Made by a program: the position numbers and the translations under genes
In this document: positions 60,961 to 64,000 of the stretch, in pieces
Layout: each line of letters opens with the position of its first letter
How positions within the stretch are numbered: the first letter of the stretch is position 1
DNA from: Hemiscyllium ocellatum
Taxonomy: Eukaryota
NCBI RefSeq assembly: GCF_020745735.1
Contig: NC_083417.1
Span: 62,062,001-62,126,000 of the forward strand
DNA: 64,000 nt
Direction: 5' to 3'
The notes under the pieces: model-generated
Seen by the model: the letters and a program-made list of their open reading frames with translations, nothing else
What the model was told of the DNA's origin: nothing
The model's database searches: none

Positions 60961-62689
60961 GAATATAAATGTAATTCCTGCAGTTCCAGTTTCTTTAGTA
61001 TAACCTTTTGACATACCACCACCCCCCCCCCCCCCCCCCGCCTCCATGAAGCGCGTATGCACACAAGCCCGCCCGCCCGCCCCGATTTTTTGACATGTGC
61101 CCTGTGGTCTCATGTAAAGGTGACCAAAGATCAGTCTGCCCAGTGCCCAAGAATGTGGCCTTACTTTTACTGTGATTTACTTTCCTTTGGATTTTCATTG
61201 TTTCTTGCCTGATGCTTGATAAACCTGTTGCCAAGTCCTTCAACAATGCAGAGAGGGAGCAGCCTTACCTAATTCCGAAAATTGATCAGAAAACATTGAT
61301 TCCCACCCATTGGCAGAAATTGGTCTCCACTGCCTGACGTTAGCTGCTTCTCTATTGTTGACTGTGCCTTCAACAATCCCTTAGTTTTGAGATGTTTTGT
61401 CACGTTAAATGCTCGTGGTTTTCCTTCTCCTTAAAACTGTTTGGACTGAGGGTTTGACTGCAGTTTGTGTTTGTGATACGCACAGTTTGTTTAGAGCATT
61501 GACTGAGGTGGAGGCAATAACTGCACATCTGACCATTGATACCGCCTCCCTTTCTGAGTTCAGGGCTGACAGTCGGCTCTTGTCAGAGTTTGGATCAAAG
61601 TTTCACCTAGTTCCCTCAGGCACTGTGCAAGCGGGAACACTCAGTTGTGTCAGGTGGGAGGGGAAACTGGTGGAGTTGCATTGTTGAGATAGCTGACAGG
61701 CAGTATTAGTGGGCGTGGTAAGTAAGCTGTGTGTGAAAGAGAGTTCACGTTCTTTCAGTCAGTCGGAGCCTGGCACAGAAATCTTGCGTCTTAGAAGTTA
61801 TCTGCTATTCATTGATTTCTTTATCAACGACCGATAGAAACTGAGAGACTGTGATAGCGTAAGGACTGTGCAGTGTTTTGGGCGCCGGAGCATTGTAACC
61901 ACTGGGTTGAGTGACTAAGTTCCCTCCTGGGTAGCCTTGGGGTTCAAGAGTCCGTAAGGAATTCGAGCACTGATTAGAGTGAATCTGAGGTACCTCACAA
62001 TTGGAAATGTGCTTTGTGGTTAAGCTGTCAGCCTGGCGGGAGATGTTCATTTGTGCTGTCACAGATTTCATATTTTGTGGTTCTAGTTCTGTAATTTGCA
62101 AAGAAACTAGTGCTGAACGCTTACTGTGAATTTACCAACTTTTTAAAAATAATTTGGTTCCAATTTTCACCCCCTGCTCTCAGTTGGTTGCCACTCCTGC
62201 AACTTGATATGGGTGACCATTCCTTTCAGTTATTGGATGGAAGAGTTACATTTTGGTGGGTTGCTCTGAACTTGTATTTTTTGGAAAATTGCCATCTCTT
62301 TCACTCTTAAATTGGTAGAGCAGTGCGAAAGTGGCACCTCACCTGGGTGACTTGTTTGACTGACTCTATTTGATGCATGTTATGCAGTGGGTTGCGGAAT
62401 GTTTCAAATTTCCCATCCAATTTAGATGAAATACCTAATGGCCGCAGAGCTGTTAACCTTAAGGTAGCACTTTATAGGATGGTTTGGTTGTATTGGTATT
62501 GGATTCATTAAAACGTTAGCGACTTGGACAGGGGGTGTGGTGGTGGTGGTTGGCCTGTCAATACTGTTTGTCCATCCTCTCAAGATGGTGGTCGAGATTG
62601 TGCTTTTAATTTGAGTGAAGTCAGTTGCAGAAACAGCACTGCCACCTTTATTACCCGGGCAAAGTGTGTTGTCCCCACTTTTGTTGGGG

Positions 62690-62810
62690 ATGGCAGTGTG
62701 TGGCACAGTGGTAGTATTCTTATCCATGGACTGGAACACCTGGGTTCAAGTCCCACTTGCTCCACAGGTGTGTAATAGTCTGTGAATAGGTTGATTTAGT
62801 AAAATAGGTT
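62690..62810 (+). mobile_element. short tRNA-derived SINE
   Basis: A box tggcacagtgg, B box ggttcaagtcc; matches the minus copy at 4930-5055. Confidence 0.6.
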
Positions 62811-64000
62811 AAATAAATTTAAAACAAAGCAGATGATATGGATTGGAAAAGTGGTTGGCAAAGACGTCAGAGGAGCCACTAGAAAACTATTGACTTTTTT
62901 TCTATGCAGCAATTTGTTGTAATTTGGCATGTATTCTTTCAGGCAGTACAAGAAACAGATTTTCATACTTTCTAAAGATTTGAATAAGTTCTTGAAGGGA
63001 AGGAGTTGTGGTTTAGTGAGAAAAGAGCAAAAGGATTAGGATTATTGAACAGCTTTAACAAAAAGCTGGTACCCACATGCAACTAATGGTGTCATTTTGT
63101 GTTGTGCAGTTTTAATGTGGGAGACAATCGGGCCCATGAGATTTCCTGGGAAATTTGGTTAAATGTCAAGAGTGCCCACAATATTGGAGTATCAGGCCTG
63201 TGCAGGTGGGGATCATTGACCATTTTCTGATGTCTGAGTTTAGAGGAAAATTTCTGCCTCATTTGTGATGGTGAGCAAGATCACGGCCTATCTGTTACAC
63301 CACACTGGTAGAGGGCGTGGCATTGAGGCGAGGTAGTGAATATTGAGCTCGTCTTGCCCTTAATGGCTCAGGAAGAGTCCAGGTACATGCCTGAGTTTTG
63401 ACCTTCTGCAGGTAGCTTTTATTTATTCTTTTGTCTGACATTGTGTTTTTTCTCCAATTCCTGTGATAAAAATGTGAATGCTTATTTTATAGTCTTCAAA
63501 CCCACTTGGGCATGTAGTACCTTCTCTCTAAGGAGCTTGCGGGTGGAGTGAGGGGTTAGAGAACGTGCTTGGAGAAATACAACAGGCCTGGAATGAACTG
63601 ATGATGTTTTAGAGATCAGTCCTTCCTTTGTGAGATTTTCCCTTGAGATAGAGATAGTGAACAGGTAAATAGAGCCAGCAATGGCTATTTTTAAGTTTTT
63701 GGAAGGAGGATCCCCATATTTTTAACCGTAGCTCAACTAATGTCTGATGTCAAAGCTCTTTAAGCTGGATTGATGAATCCTGGTCCTGGACATGAACAGG
63801 ATTTGATGGGGGTTGATGTGATGGCTTACCAATGAACATATCACAGTTAAAACACTTACAAGTCAGGAAACCTCACCACTAGGCAGAATTGCAAGTAACT
63901 CTTCCAATTAGCATCCTGTTGTCTGACTTTCCTGGTTGCTCAGTACAGAAAGGATGTTGGAACCATTATAGTGGGCCATTGTGCAAACAACAGGGCTTCA

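Noticed and set aside
49697-64000. KIFC3 coding exons
   Set aside because: No kinesin or recognisable KIFC3 peptide seen; the gene identity rests on synteny only, so no CDS or symbol was called

Overview
Vertebrate genomic DNA, almost certainly a cartilaginous fish (shark), inferred from HE1-type SINEs, Deu-domain SINEs and abundant HER1/CR1 LINEs. The + strand carries the last seven coding exons of a cyclic nucleotide-gated channel beta-1 gene (CNGB1: C-linker, cyclic-nucleotide-binding domain, C-terminal tail) at 1223-1382, 7102-7199, 17534-17617, 23134-23252, 24770-24916, 32071-32257 and 40356-40562. All splice sites are GT-AG and the phases join into one open frame. Introns and intergenic DNA are dominated by decayed CR1 LINEs (one near full-length with an SGNH-esterase ORF1), plus Rex1-like, Penelope-like, Harbinger-like, LTR-like, MITE and SINE relics. 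A CpG-rich promoter with tandem CCAAT boxes and a candidate first exon at about 48.9-49.7 kb starts a downstream + strand gene (KIFC3 by human synteny, but no coding exon was recognised). The most interesting non-genic signal is a set of short Penelope-derived elements carrying minimal hammerhead-ribozyme cores (CTGANGA...GAAA), including a palindromic copy and a small copy, each flanked by direct repeats. The copies here look mutationally decayed, and hammerheads in Penelope-like elements are already known, so I cannot claim a wholly new system. Repeat boundaries were read by eye and are approximate.
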